A DNA stretch of 63,706 nucleotides, filler included, from Rhabdomonas costata (lineage: Eukaryota): NCBI GenBank assembly GCA_019059605.1. It is 49 parts of 49 records of this genome, joined end to end, with 100 filler letters (N's around TTAATTAATTAA, not from the genome) between each part and the next. Parts side by side here need not be neighbours in the genome. Positions count along the whole stretch, not along the records: positions 48,190 to 49,384 come from JAHMHO010023793.1; positions 49,485 to 50,686 come from JAHMHO010023794.1; positions 50,787 to 51,987 come from JAHMHO010023795.1; positions 52,088 to 53,289 come from JAHMHO010023796.1; positions 53,390 to 54,590 come from JAHMHO010023797.1; positions 54,691 to 55,892 come from JAHMHO010023798.1; positions 55,993 to 57,194 come from JAHMHO010023799.1; positions 57,295 to 58,496 come from JAHMHO010023800.1; 41 more parts are not named here. One strand, 5' to 3'. Below the pieces are notes generated by a model. It made no database searches, had not been told where the DNA came from, and worked only from the letters and a program-made list of their open reading frames with translations. Shown here one piece after another: positions 48,766 to 61,509 of this stretch (the first letter of the stretch is position 1; each line of letters starts with the position of its first letter). The position numbers and the translations under genes were made by a program.

Positions 48766-49484
48766 CTTACCTCTTTACAGGACAAAGCTGTAAACATCGT
48801 ATCTTCGCTTTCTCAATGAACATACGCACAGCTGGGCTGCCTCCCCACGCGCACGATAGAAACGCTGTGGGCATTGGTTGCTTCCTTCATGGTTGCTTCC
48901 TTTTTGCACTCGCAAAATACAAACGCCATGCTGTGCAAACAAAAAACCTTCCAACACATTGGTTATAACCAACCAGGTTTTTTGCGCCCTGCACAGCCCA
49001 GTCCCAGCCTAATAAGGCGTTTTTCCGAACCCCAAAATCATCAAGCTGGGTCGATTTCCGGAGGTCGATTTTTTCACCCTGAAAACCCCATATTCGACCC
49101 TTTGCAAGAGCCTGGTAGTGCTCAAAAAGGCCATTTTAAAGGCAAAAAATAAGCTAAAAACCGCAGCAAACGATCTCAAAAACGGCTCAAATCGGCCTAA
49201 AAACGCGTTTTTCCGAACCCAGCAAGGGAAATCACTACAAAGCGTCATTCGAACAAAAAAAATTCAGTAGCATCCCATATAGTGGCCCTGTTTCCTCGCA
49301 AAGAGGTCCCAATACCTGGGTATCATTTCCAGGCAGAACAAAGGCAAGCCTCTCCGAAACCACACCCCAACCACACCCACCACANNNNNNNNNNNNNNNN
49401 NNNNNNNNNNNNNNNNNNNNNNNNNNNNTTAATTAATTAANNNNNNNNNNNNNNNNNNNNNNNNNNNNNNNNNNNNNNNNNNNN

Positions 49485-49756
49485 TCCACGACAAACTGGT
49501 GGTCCAGAAGTCTAACGTTGGTGGGGTTGACGTAGCTCCAGGTGTAGATCTCCTTCATGTACTCAGGAACTCCGGTGGTCCACTTGCTGTCCAGCCGCTC
49601 CGGGCCTCGAACAATGTTTTCCACGCTGATCGCTGCAGCTTCCTGCAGGTCAGGGCGCTTGCTGGTGAGCGTCCGGCGGGCGGCAAAGGAAAGCCGGGGG
49701 CCAGCGGCTCGGCGAGCGGCCTGGCCGACCAGGGAGCGGATCGAAGAGGCAGACAT
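49485..49756 (-). CDS. rquA: Rhodoquinone biosynthesis protein RquA, N-terminal 90 aa with mitochondrial-type presequence (truncated by the contig end)
   Basis: GVPEYMKEIYTWSYVNPTNVRLLDHQFVV matches the RquA N-terminal motif PxYxxxxYxWAYxxPxxVxxxxxxxxV. It is preceded by Arg/Ala/Ser-rich MSASSIRSLVGQAARRAAGPRLSFAARRTLTS. Confidence 0.82.
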
Positions 49757-50788
49757 CGGTGCAAAGAAAACAGCAGCGAGCGTAAGCCTCTCTGGTGGAG
49801 TTGTGAGGAGGAAGGGAAGCATGAAATTTCGTTCGCTGGGGTGATTTGGAACCCTAGCTCGCGTGTCCAACCCGGTCCCGGCTCCTCTGTCCGGGAGTCT
49901 TCTTGTGGAAATCCCAAGTGTAAAAAACTCTAGAATAGTGAAACTGTGTGTGCAGAGGGGCTCTGCTGTGAATTTGGCTGCGTGCGGCTGCAGTCACTTT
50001 GATATGAAGGTTAAAATAAGTACACTGTCACTTTTAATTAAAGGTGGAGTGAAAAAAAGCTTGCTTGTGTCCAAAAAAATACTCCAGACCTTACAGATAG
50101 ATATGGTTCTGCATTTTCAAGATTACAACCGCTGAGAAGACTCGCTTGAATAAATAGACAGCATTGGACCCTTCCACGCCCTCGTCGGTCGTTGGATCCG
50201 AGCAACGTGGCTGAATATCATGTATCATTTATCATTTATCATATTTAGTTTCTTCTGCAAAGTTCACAGCAGAAGATTTTTCAACGTATGGGGTTCGGCA
50301 TTTTCAAAAGAAAAATTGCTCATACAGCTCTTTTCTTCAAAATCGAAGCACAGCACTGCAACCAAGGCTCACGAGTTCTTGTTGCATAAATAGATAATTT
50401 GATACAAAATGCTGAACAGAAAATCAGAAAAGAGAAGCATCAAAAGAATTGAGATTTTGAGATCCCCCCTGCCACACAAACAAAAAGTGTTTCAAGAATG
50501 AAGTAGGTGGAAAAAGAGGAGTAAACAAAACCTGCGTTTTCAATAACGTTTTTCCTTTAAGGATGGTCTCCCCGTAAGGGAGGTAGAGGTCAATCCGCTC
50601 AACCCTCGCAAGACAACTTCGTTGACCCGTTGCTGGAGGTGTACACTAACACACCCCTCCTTGGCCTTAACTTTGCACAAACAAACNNNNNNNNNNNNNN
50701 NNNNNNNNNNNNNNNNNNNNNNNNNNNNNNTTAATTAATTAANNNNNNNNNNNNNNNNNNNNNNNNNNNNNNNNNNNNNNNNNNNNTT

Positions 50789-50930
50789 GTGTGGGGGATG
50801 GTGTAAGGTATAATCGGCCAGAGAAGGGTGCGAGAGACGGGTTACAGGGAGAACTGCGAATAGGAGGCAGCGTTCGGCATTGGGAAAGAGTGACGAGAGT
50901 GTGGGAGATGGTGTAAGGTATAATCGGCCA
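50789..50930. repeat. Two 32-bp direct repeats 110 nt apart (1 mismatch)
   Basis: GTGTGGG(G/A)GATGGTGTAAGGTATAATCGGCCA at 50789-50820 and 50899-50930. Confidence 0.85.
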
Positions 50931-53190
50931 CAACGACAAGCACAACGCAGAGTCGCAAGCGGTAAATAAATAAAAGAAAAGCTGAACGAGAGGGACGAAA
51001 AGGGTCGCATCGCTGAGGGTAAAATGCACACAGGACGTGAAGTGAAGAGGATGTAGACGAAGTACCGGGGTAGACACAGCAGAAACGGAAACGTCAAAAA
51101 CGCGGCAATACAAAAAACCCGAGAGAACAGAGGGGGGGGGGAGGCAAGAAGTCGAGGTCCTCACAAGGTCACAAGGACGTGGATTGCTGATTAAGACCAC
51201 TCCAGGTTGGGTTTGCAGCCTCTGGCTGCGTCTTTACGCCCGGTCATGTCGGCTTGAAGAGTCCATGTCGGCCTTCAGCTTTCCACATTGTCTCATCTCC
51301 ACATTTCCTTGGTGCATTTTTTGCGCCCCTTTTTGGGAGCCTTGTTGGGCCTTTGCAGGCTTAAACGGAGCCTAAACTTTTTCGGCTCCGACTGCTGGCC
51401 ATGCCTACGGATAAAGCCAGGAGTGCTGCATGCTGGCCACGGACTCGGCAGTACTCCGATTTGTTGCCCTTTAGGTCTCAGAGCCCATTTACATCCAACA
51501 GCACCCTCGAAATAACCTTGTATTATATTTTTGACTTATTATTGTTTAGTCTAAGAGATTAGATAAATGGGCCAGTGCTTCCGAGATGATTGGTTTCGCT
51601 GATTGGCTCAAAATTACTGCTGGTTATGGACTGTTGTGCCCTCTAGGGAGCGTTTTCGATCTTGCTGGCCTGAAAAAAAAGGGGGACCGGCAGCGACCCC
51701 AAGGGCGTCAACACCACACTGTGTGCATGCAATTGTAGTTGTGTTGTGTGAAGAGTTCCTTGAAAGGGTTTCCTGGGCCAGGCCTGCGCTGCTGCTGCTG
51801 GGCCCGGCGGGCGTGCTGCCGGTAGAGCTCCTCGTAGTTCGCGGACGAGGACGAGGAGAACGGGCCCCCTGTGCCCGACCCTGAGAGGCAGGGCACACGC
51901 TAGCACATTCTGGGTGCGGAACACCGAAGTTCTAGACCAAATAGATTGTCATGGACACGTCAGTTTGAATAAACAGAAACCAAAAACNNNNNNNNNNNNN
52001 NNNNNNNNNNNNNNNNNNNNNNNNNNNNNNNTTAATTAATTAANNNNNNNNNNNNNNNNNNNNNNNNNNNNNNNNNNNNNNNNNNNNAGCTTCTACCCAT
52101 TCCGAGCAGGTGGATAGTCGCCAACTCCGTCACTGCCTCTATTCAGTTCGGCGATTCACTGCGTGCGCTGCAGTGCGGCTTCCTGTGCAACTGGCCGCTG
52201 CGTCCTGTTCTGCTTTCTACAATGCTTTCGTGGAGTGCGATTCAACAAAACCAAGACTGTAAGGTTGCTTCATAGATGGGGCTGTCTATCTGTGAGTTTG
52301 CAGTACCACCATGCTCCCATTCTAGGTTGTCGGTCCCTTGGTTACCAGATAGGTTCCGCCCGGTAAGGTGCTTTGCGATGCAATTTGTAATAGTATGGAG
52401 CTCGTATCGCTGGGCTGGGCTTGGGGCGTTCCGCCTCTTCGAGATCATGGTATGCCGTGCATCGCTCTGGGGCTTAACGTGGGGCACCCCTCAAGAGTCA
52501 CCAAGCACACTGAAGTGTAGTCACGTAAGGTTTGCCACCATCAAGGACCAAAAAGCTTTGATGGACTAACATGCATTTCCCCCTAACTTGGGCAGGAACT
52601 CTCTCAAAATGAAACTGAATATTCACACTGGCCAGGCTTGCACCGCCAAAAGTGGCGGGTCCCATTCTTCGTGACGTTCACGTCAAGGAAGGCATATGTA
52701 TCCCTCCCTTTTTCTGTATTGCGGCAACCCTCACAAGGGAGGCCGGCGTCCCCCACCAGCAGTTCTCTGCGGATGAAAATCTGTCCGAAAATCTGCCAAG
52801 CAGAGGCCACCAGTGGTAGCAGTCAAAGCTGACGAATTCCACGGCGTACCGAAACCTGGGAAGGGGCCCCCATCTGACTCAGTCACCCATTCACTAAATT
52901 CGCTCCGACCGAAAAACACACCACACACACTGGCTCCAAATCAAGACGGCTACAGGGTGTAATCTAAACCTAAATCGAAGTGGAGTAATACTATCAGCGG
53001 CAGCATCGAACCCCTTTTGTCACCAAACCTGTCCAATAATAGACCCCTTCTCCACGCTATTTTATCACCCCTGGGCCGCTCTGCGGTAAGACACTGTGGA
53101 CCTTCAAAACAATCACTGCTCCTAAAATAACGAGTCCCAAGGTTAGTTGGACATGACGGGGACATAGGAGGAGAAGGCTAAAGGGCAGAC

Positions 53191-53289
53191 CTTCTCCTTC
53201 CCAAACGCGGATAGCGCGCTGATGGCCCGGGCCCGGCTGAGGCCGCTGCGCAGTGGGTTCACCATGAACAGCGTCCCGTTGGCGGCGTT
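53191..53289 (-). CDS. Exon fragment, unknown protein
   Basis: GC-rich frame NAANGTLFMVNPLRSGLSRARAISALSAFGKEK ending in AAG|GT. Confidence 0.4.
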
Positions 53290-56200
53290 NNNNNNNNNNN
53301 NNNNNNNNNNNNNNNNNNNNNNNNNNNNNNNNNTTAATTAATTAANNNNNNNNNNNNNNNNNNNNNNNNNNNNNNNNNNNNNNNNNNNNTGTGGGTTGTG
53401 ACTTTATAATCCTCGTAGGATTTTGATGTGCTTGCTTTGCCTGAAGTGGGCTTTGACTTTGCTGTCTGTTTGTTTGTGTGTGTGTGCGGGTGCACGGGTT
53501 TGTGTGTCTCTGTTCGTTTGTCATTGGACCTGTGTGCGATTTCTCTTGATTGATGCTAATCACTCTGCTCGGCCTTGAACTATTACAGGGCCCGAATAAG
53601 AACAGCAAAGGGATTGCGATAGGTTTGTGGCTGGGACATAGCAAGGCGCCAACACTGCAAACTCGGTCTCTGTGTGCTGTCGTCTTTCGGTCTGCGTGAG
53701 CTCGTCTTTCAGGAGATCATATCGTCTCTCCTTGCACCGAAGTTGTCCTGAGGGTATTCGAGCTCGAGCTTAACATATTCGAGCATAACAATCCCGTCTT
53801 GACTTTGCGGGGTCAATTCGGAGCCATGTTCCCGGGAAGCGGGAGCTCTTCTAAGTTAAGCCTGCTGCAGTGGAGCCCGGACGTCTTTTGGAAAGCTTTT
53901 GTTGGCGCCGATCAGGTGGACAGCATTGGCTCTATGGTGTGCAACATGTGTGGTGGAAGGCAGTGCGTTTTTGCCGTGATAGGCCTGGTTCGAGGCTGTG
54001 GGGTTCCGAAGGGTGTCGAAAATCCACCGGATAGAAGAGTTGGATCGCTTGAATTGCTGACGAGACCATCCCCTATTCACCTCTCCCCCATCCTACCGGT
54101 TAGGACGAAATGATGTTTTTATCGGAAAGTCGTGGAAACCGGCTAATTTCGGTTAAATGTTTTTGAGGACGGGTCCTTCCCAGAGTTACGCGGTCCGCGA
54201 TCCACCCTTCTATTACGTTCCCGAAATAGTAATCACTGCTGTTCTCCGGCGCTCATACGAAAGGCTTTTGGTTCATGCCAATAATTCATACGCTTACAAG
54301 TCATGCCCCTAACCCGTCCACCTCCATAAAATTGGGTCAGATAACGGCTGCAATTTTCTCGGGGTGAACGAGGCCTGCCACTCGAAGATGAACAGCTGGT
54401 GTAAGTTGACACGACATTTACCAAAAATGCCAAGTTTGCTTTATATTTGCATCAGATCAATGAGAAATGAAACTGGCAGCTGAGGGTGCTTTTGAGCCTT
54501 GATCTAGGGCCCGATATTTCTAGGGGAATGCGTTCTTTCAACGTAGGAGAGATTCTCTCCTACGTTGAAAGAACGCATTCCCCACAAACCNNNNNNNNNN
54601 NNNNNNNNNNNNNNNNNNNNNNNNNNNNNNNNNNTTAATTAATTAANNNNNNNNNNNNNNNNNNNNNNNNNNNNNNNNNNNNNNNNNNNNGGTGTTTTGA
54701 AGAGCAATAATTCGATTGATTCGACAGGTTATGTTTTCCTGTTGTTGTGAAGCATTTAACAGTTTACGGCATTTTCTGTTTTAGGTATCTGGTTATCCAA
54801 GTAAACGTGTCCATGGCGATTTTCAGCGTCATACAGATAAGAGCTGCCTGCACACACACAGGGCGCCTTGGCGCGGTGTGCTGTGGTGTGTCCTTGTGCT
54901 GCTTGTTCTGCACACCTGTTGGTTTTTTGGCGCGTTCACACACACACACACACACAGACACAGTTTGTGCCATGAAAACCCGCTGTGCTCTGGGGTCGCG
55001 GAACCCCAACTGCAGGTCCAGGGCATCTGAAGGAGTGTTTTCCCACAACTGGCAGAAACTGTTGATGTTATATTACCCTGTCAACTTTGTCCCAAACAAT
55101 CAGGAGCAGGAAGCTAAACCAAGACTCTGCGCACACGTAACTCACACGTACGTGGGCACCCACGTCTGTGCCAAGTTACCATGTCAAGGCAACAGCACAA
55201 TAGAGCAACATTGAAAAACGGAGGGGAAGCACAGAGCAAGAACGAAGGGAAGAGCAGAGTCCCATTTACAAATTTACAGCTGCCCAAACGCAGTGTGGTG
55301 CCGAGGTGCCGCAACACGGCAGCCAAAGAGAGAAGGTCCTCACTAATCTACAGGACCCCCCGCCCTGAAGGCAAGAAAAAATCAGAGAGGAGATAGGATG
55401 ACAACCTGGGCCGGGTAGCCCAGAGACTCATCACTGCAAAGAATTTCAGCAAAAAAAAGAAGAACAGAGGCAGCAGCAGCATCCGCAAAACACGGAAACG
55501 CCAACAACCACTGATCAAGTGCAACGAAAGGGAACCCATATATTATTAGATTAATTATATTATCGAAAAGACGGTTAACCCCATGTTTCCTTTTTCTTTT
55601 AACTGTAAATACACACCCCAAAAAACTTCTGAACCCCTGGACTAGCTCATTTGGGAGCAACAACTTTACGCCAGTTCCACCAAAGCAGCTTCTGAACCTG
55701 TGGTTATTTGTACGGTGTCAGAGGAAGCCATATATATGATATGTCCCAGTGCGGGGCCTGCCCTTCACTCCCCTTAAGTTTAACGACGTGCCCTGCCCTC
55801 CCCGCCCCTTTAATGCACTGATCAATGTAACAACCCAACCGAAACCTCCCACCTCTTCCTCAACGAAATGTCTGAAGCAGCAGAAACAACACNNNNNNNN
55901 NNNNNNNNNNNNNNNNNNNNNNNNNNNNNNNNNNNNTTAATTAATTAANNNNNNNNNNNNNNNNNNNNNNNNNNNNNNNNNNNNNNNNNNNNGGGTTTGT
56001 TTCAAAACGAGCAATACTAACTACCGCGTAAATCACAAAAGGTTTTTCCGAGGAATGCTTTTTTTCCCGTAACGAAACGTAGTGTAGATAGTGCCTGCTT
56101 TAAACAAATGTTGGCCCCTTCGTTGAGGTAGGTGACTCCCTTCCGGGCCTTTTGTTTTTGTCACCAGGTCTGTGCCACAGGTCTGTGCCGGTAGCCAGAA

Positions 56201-57570
56201 GAGGGAGAGGCGCTGCTCCGGCCGAGGCCACAATGGGAACCTCCCGTGTCTGCCAGACCTGCTCTGAGCTTCGTGTCCGTTGGACTTTGTACGGACACCC
56301 GTTTTTTACAGCTTCTTTCCTTGCTGCATACTTTTAGCTTTTGGTTTTTAGTTTTTTGTCCACTTCCGTGTGCCCCCGGTGCACCCTGCTGAAGCGTATG
56401 TGCTTGTTTCGTTTCTGCAAAGTCATTAATTTTCAACAGATTTTAGTACGCAGCCCCAAGCACTTGAAACGCTACTATCTGACTGCTGATCCCAAACTGG
56501 AACCCTATAAGGCAGAAAAAAAGGCAGTGGGAAAAGGTCTTTTGTTGGAGTGGTGGTTGCTCTCAAGTTTCAACTCAAACGCGGGCGGGGTACTGATGTA
56601 ATGGTAGCCGTTCGATTCAACGTGGCCTGCCTGCACAGTAAGGAAATACGTCACAGCACCATAAGCCGTAAAACGACCAGCTTCTGTTTCTGTCCATGTT
56701 GACCATTCATTAAACGCTGGACATCGTCAGCGGAGGACTGCTGCCATGGACGTATTTGCTGCGAGCTCTTCCTGGTATTTCACGACATAAACTCCGCAAA
56801 AGTCCAATTATGGCCTCGTTGTGTTCGCCAAGGTTTGTCAGTGTGCGGTGGCAAATCCCCATGCTGTTGAGCACAAATATATCGCAGATTGCCACAAATT
56901 ACGCTCCACCGCCTTGAGGATGGTGGGGTAAGGGGAGGGGAGGTGACTTCTCCACCTCGCGAAAGCCGAGACTGAGTTGTGCACAATGGGGTCGCTAGTT
57001 GGGAGCTGAATTATGGCTATGAAGAGCTGTGGTGTGAGTGAGGTATGCGGAGGGGGGCACGGACCGTCGAATTGAGTGGGTAGTTGAATGTTAGGCATCC
57101 CTTCCGGCAAATCCGGCTGACAGCATGGGCATCGGCCTGGGCAGGCCCAGAGGGTGAGGGAATGCAGGGTGTGCGCTCCCGCCTCCAACCCAACNNNNNN
57201 NNNNNNNNNNNNNNNNNNNNNNNNNNNNNNNNNNNNNNTTAATTAATTAANNNNNNNNNNNNNNNNNNNNNNNNNNNNNNNNNNNNNNNNNNNNGTTGTT
57301 GGGGCCGTCCTATTTTGGGGGCCGTGGTTTGGCTGGGGCGGAACAGGCTGCCGTTTTGCGTTGGAATGGCATCTCGAAAGCGATTGGTGGTTTCCTTCGG
57401 ATCCGTTTCCGTGGCACAAAGCAGCTTCGGTTTCCGCCTGCTTAATATCAAGCCTGAGTAATATGAGCAAAGTGCTTTCAGGTGCATTAATCAGCTTGGT
57501 TGTGCTCTGAGAGCGGGAGGAGGAGGAGTGGCAGAGCGGATATGATTTATTTTTTACCGGGTCATTACAG

Positions 57571-58261
57571 GGTGGAGCCACAGTTTGTGGTGGATGATCT
57601 AATGCTTCACCACACAATCGTGTTAACGCCGTTTTCCCCGCTGCACTTCCGGCCGACCAAGCGGAGCTACCTCGAGATCTGTGGGATGGGATACGACATC
57701 CGCTTTGTGAGAGACCGGGACGACCTGAGGCCGCTCATCATCATCGACCCTGGGTGGGCAACTTTACATCACCTCATGCCCTTCTCTTCGCACATCCACG
57801 CGCGACAGCGCAGTACCAACGGTCACACTGGGATCCGTGTTACTCGTTCGAGATGCGAATCAGCCCCCTTTCGCGATTGACTTTCTTAGGGATCGAGGAT
57901 CTGTAGGTCGAACCTATGTATCGTACACGTGGCGCATTTGCATGTTTTTGTTGTCTCGAGAAGTTGAGGGAAGGCGTTGCCGGAAGGCACGGTTACATGG
58001 TGCCAGGATGTGTCTTTGAGTCGCGCTGTTCCTAGGATGACCGTTCGCATCGTGGAGACCACGCTGCACCTCCCCAGTGAGAGGGCTGTGCTGATGGACT
58101 TTGTGGTGCTTGGGGAAGGTTCCTGCGTGGTGGCGGAGCCCGCCCGGGTGGTGGCCACGCCCAGCAGGGCTGGCCTTTCCCCAGCGGAGAAGCACCATGC
58201 CGCCTCGCTGCTTCCGCTGCTTCCCTCGCCTGCGGCTGCAAAGCTGTTTCCAACGAGACAG
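57571..58261 (+). CDS. VPS13-like lipid-transfer protein, two exons (57571-57753, 58036-58261)
   Basis: The 282-nt GT-AG intron joins in frame: IVLTPFSPLHF...EICGMGYDIRF...PLIIIDPG|MTVRIVETTL...FVVLGEGSCVVAEP, resembling a segment of plant/protist VPS13 (YDGxG...PIIIVG.GK.LRF...L...S). Confidence 0.6.
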
Positions 58262-59183
58262 GTGTGCAGGATGTTCTCCTCCCCCATCGTATTTCTGGTA
58301 TTTTTGCTTTAAATTCCAGATCCTATCAAATCTAGCCCTCCCCAGCCCGACTATTGACTTCTCTCAGACTCCCAGCGACAGTTCACAGTAAAACTATGCG
58401 CCAGACAGGCATGCTGTTTACTCCGCCGCATGGATGATTTTCAGAACCACCATTTGCCATTACGGTCTGCCATATATCCCTTCTCTACAACCCACCNNNN
58501 NNNNNNNNNNNNNNNNNNNNNNNNNNNNNNNNNNNNNNNNTTAATTAATTAANNNNNNNNNNNNNNNNNNNNNNNNNNNNNNNNNNNNNNNNNNNNTGGG
58601 GGAGGGGCGGCCGCTGGGGGGCTCCTGGTGCATCCTGTGCGGCCCTCTGCCGTGGGCTTGGCAGTGACTCCGGCAGCGATGGTGTGTGGGTGAATTCACA
58701 TTGTCACACACAGGCATCTGGTTATATCTGCCCAAGAAATGGTGAAGGCCGATGAAGCAATGAAGGGTTTGGTGGCGTTTCTGGGCGATGCCCGAGGAGC
58801 AGCTGCCCGGGCTCGAACTTCTCCTCGTCCTTCCTGTTTTATGGGTATTTTCCGGGTGTCTACCTTCTTTCTTTTTTTTTATTTTTTGGCTGCCTTCTTC
58901 TTTTTGCCCACTATTCGCAACCCCGTGAGAGCGTTTTCAGCACGAAATACTCTCAATATGTCACTGGAGAGGGTCCCGATAGACCATAGGTGCACTGCAA
59001 GAGGTTGAGGGGCTCACAAAATGACGGATGCATGCCTTGCCTTGCTCTTTTGGCTCTTTTGTGTTTGAGCAAATTGTCCAGTCACACAGCAGCTTTCACC
59101 AGGGGAACCATGCCCGTTGCGATGTGGGTTGCCATGATTGTTTTTTCTTCACTTCAACGATTCAAATTGGGGCAGTGTTCCAG

Positions 59184-59461
59184 GCTTGCTCGCTGGTGTG
59201 CCGGGTGTCCAGGAAGTTCTGATCACCGATTCCTTGGGGCGCTGGCTGTCCTACCTCGACCCCGGGACTCACGTCGCGAACCTCGCAGCGGTGAGCCTGG
59301 TGGACCCCAACCTGCTGACCGCCGTGTCCACCCCTGTGCCCCTGCTGGGCACCCTCTCCGCCACCACCGTCAACGGCCGAGCAACCTTCGCAGATCTGAG
59401 GCTGGTCTCTCCCAAGGCAGGGACCTACCTATTCACGTTCGGCACGAAGGAGGGTTTCCAG
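59184..59461 (+). CDS. Exon encoding a bacterial-type Ig-like repeat of a surface protein
   Basis: AG/GT bounded. LLGTLSATTVNGRATFADLRLVSPKAGTYLFTF matches the GTxxxxxVNGxATFxDLxxxxxGxYxLxF pattern. Confidence 0.7.
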
Positions 59462-59898
59462 GTGTGGCCCCGCTTGCTGCTTTTCCATGGCCGTTCCTCT
59501 CTATGCCGTAGCTGCCAACCGCCCAAAATCCAGCTACGGTTTTGGATCCCCTCTCCCCGCTCGTGGGTGTGAGTGGCTAGTGGCTAAGAAGCAGTTCTCT
59601 CCCCCCCCCTATCACTGTCGTTGAAGGATTGAAGAAATCGCAATTTCCCGTCAACCCAGCATCAGCGCCAAACAACCATGACGCTGGAGGTGGGAAGTCA
59701 ACTCGACAGAAGCACGACTTTTTTTTTGCGTGCGTTGTTCTCTTACTCTCTCACTTCTCGGGGTGTTCCCTCATGAGATTTATTCAGTGAACCCGAAANN
59801 NNNNNNNNNNNNNNNNNNNNNNNNNNNNNNNNNNNNNNNNNNTTAATTAATTAANNNNNNNNNNNNNNNNNNNNNNNNNNNNNNNNNNNNNNNNNNNN

Positions 59899-61023
59899 CA
59901 TGCCCTCCGGGCTACTACTGCGACGGGGTGGCCAATGTGAACGGCCCCACGGGGCTCTGCCTTGGCGGGTTCTTCTGCCCCGGCCGCGTGGCCGTGGACC
60001 GACCCCTGGAGTACCTCTGCCCCACGGGGTACCAGTGCCCCGCGGGCTCCATCCAGCCTGTGCAGTGCCAGTCGGGAACCTTCCAGAACCAGTCCGGCCA
60101 GGCCAGGTCAGTGGGTGGCGTTGGCTTCTCATCATTTTCAGATCGGCAACCCCAGCGCACCAGTCCCGTCCCCTCCCTCCGCCAACTCCGACACCCATAT
60201 GCACGCCACCCATATGCTGGGGCAGGGGTTTTAGAACGGTCGTTGGGTTTTGGTTTGGTTGTACGTTGTGCCTCTGTAATTTATTAATGAATCACTCTCT
60301 TCGTTTAATACGGTTTTGTTATTTAAACGCGCCGAAGAAAACTAATATGCACGTATGATTGTGTGAAAATTGGGAGCTTTGTGTGTGCCAGTGTTACTGA
60401 ATCGCGCGCACTGAATGATATGATCTCCTTTTTTTTCTGCTTTCTAGCTGCTTGCCTTGCCCCCCGGGATACTACTGCGACCTGCAAAACCCGTGCGCCT
60501 CGTTCACGGTGAAGTTCTATGGCAACTTCACCTACACCTACGGCAACTTCACTCAGCCCCTTCCCTGGTACCGCGATGTTGAATGCAGAATAAAGCATGA
60601 TGGATGGATGGATTGGGATCTGATGTTTGGGCATCGTCTGCTTTTCGTTTTCTTCATCGCCCATCGCTCGTCTGGGTGCTGATTGTTTATTAACCTTTTT
60701 CTTTTTGAGAATCTAACGAAATTCAGAGAAGGGCAAACCCTCGAAGTGCCAGCCATATGGAAAGTATGGCAAGTTCCATGGACAAAGTAGTCATTGCCAT
60801 ATGTCACGGTTTTCCCTGTTTACGCGCTGGTCGTTTCCTTCTCGCGTTTCGTACAGCCCGGTGGGTTACTACTGCCCTGCGGGGACCCGCTTCTCCGAGG
60901 AGTTCCCCTGCCCCATTGGCACCTACAGCATCCTCACCCAGCTACCTTCCGTCACGCGCTGCACCTCCTGCCCGCCCGGGATGTACTGCGCCTCTCCTGC
61001 AATCACGGCGCCGACGGGCTACT
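59899..61023 (+). CDS. Cys-rich repeat (GCC2/GCC3, ephrin-receptor-like) surface protein, three exons (59899-60106, 60448-60567, 60857-61023)
   Basis: Two GT-AG introns join in frame. Repeated CPxGYYCPxG, CQSGTFQN and CPPGMYC motifs. Confidence 0.9.
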
Positions 61024-61509
61024 GTATGTCTTGGGGGAGAGTGGAGATCTCGGTGTTCTGATGTTGCTGTCCTTTCTTGGCTTTTCAAAAGTAAAACCAA
61101 NNNNNNNNNNNNNNNNNNNNNNNNNNNNNNNNNNNNNNNNNNNNTTAATTAATTAANNNNNNNNNNNNNNNNNNNNNNNNNNNNNNNNNNNNNNNNNNNN
61201 GGTGTGGGCGCGAAGGAATGCAAAGGCCCCGAGAGATAGCAGCAGCCTTTGCCAATTGTAACCAGGGTTGGAGCAAACGGAGTTTTGAGGTTGAGGTTTG
61301 TGTTGAGGGCAGTGGGGCAACGGTGAGTCAATGAATAAATATTAGGACGGGAGGGACGAACTCGGGAAGTGTGCGAGGTGGAGGCATGTAAAACAAAACA
61401 GGCCAAGAGATGACAGCGATTTGATTTGTAGCGTAATAGTCGTCTTGTCTGATTTTGTGTTGCCACTCCCACAAAAAAGAACGAATGCGCCCCCCCCCCC
61501 CATTGTCTC

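Noticed and set aside
50789-50930. CRISPR array
   Set aside because: Only two repeats, a long spacer, no cas genes and a eukaryotic context.
54523-54583. Perfect hairpin as a terminator or ncRNA
   Set aside because: A 1-nt loop flush with a contig end and primer tail fits a fold-back artefact.
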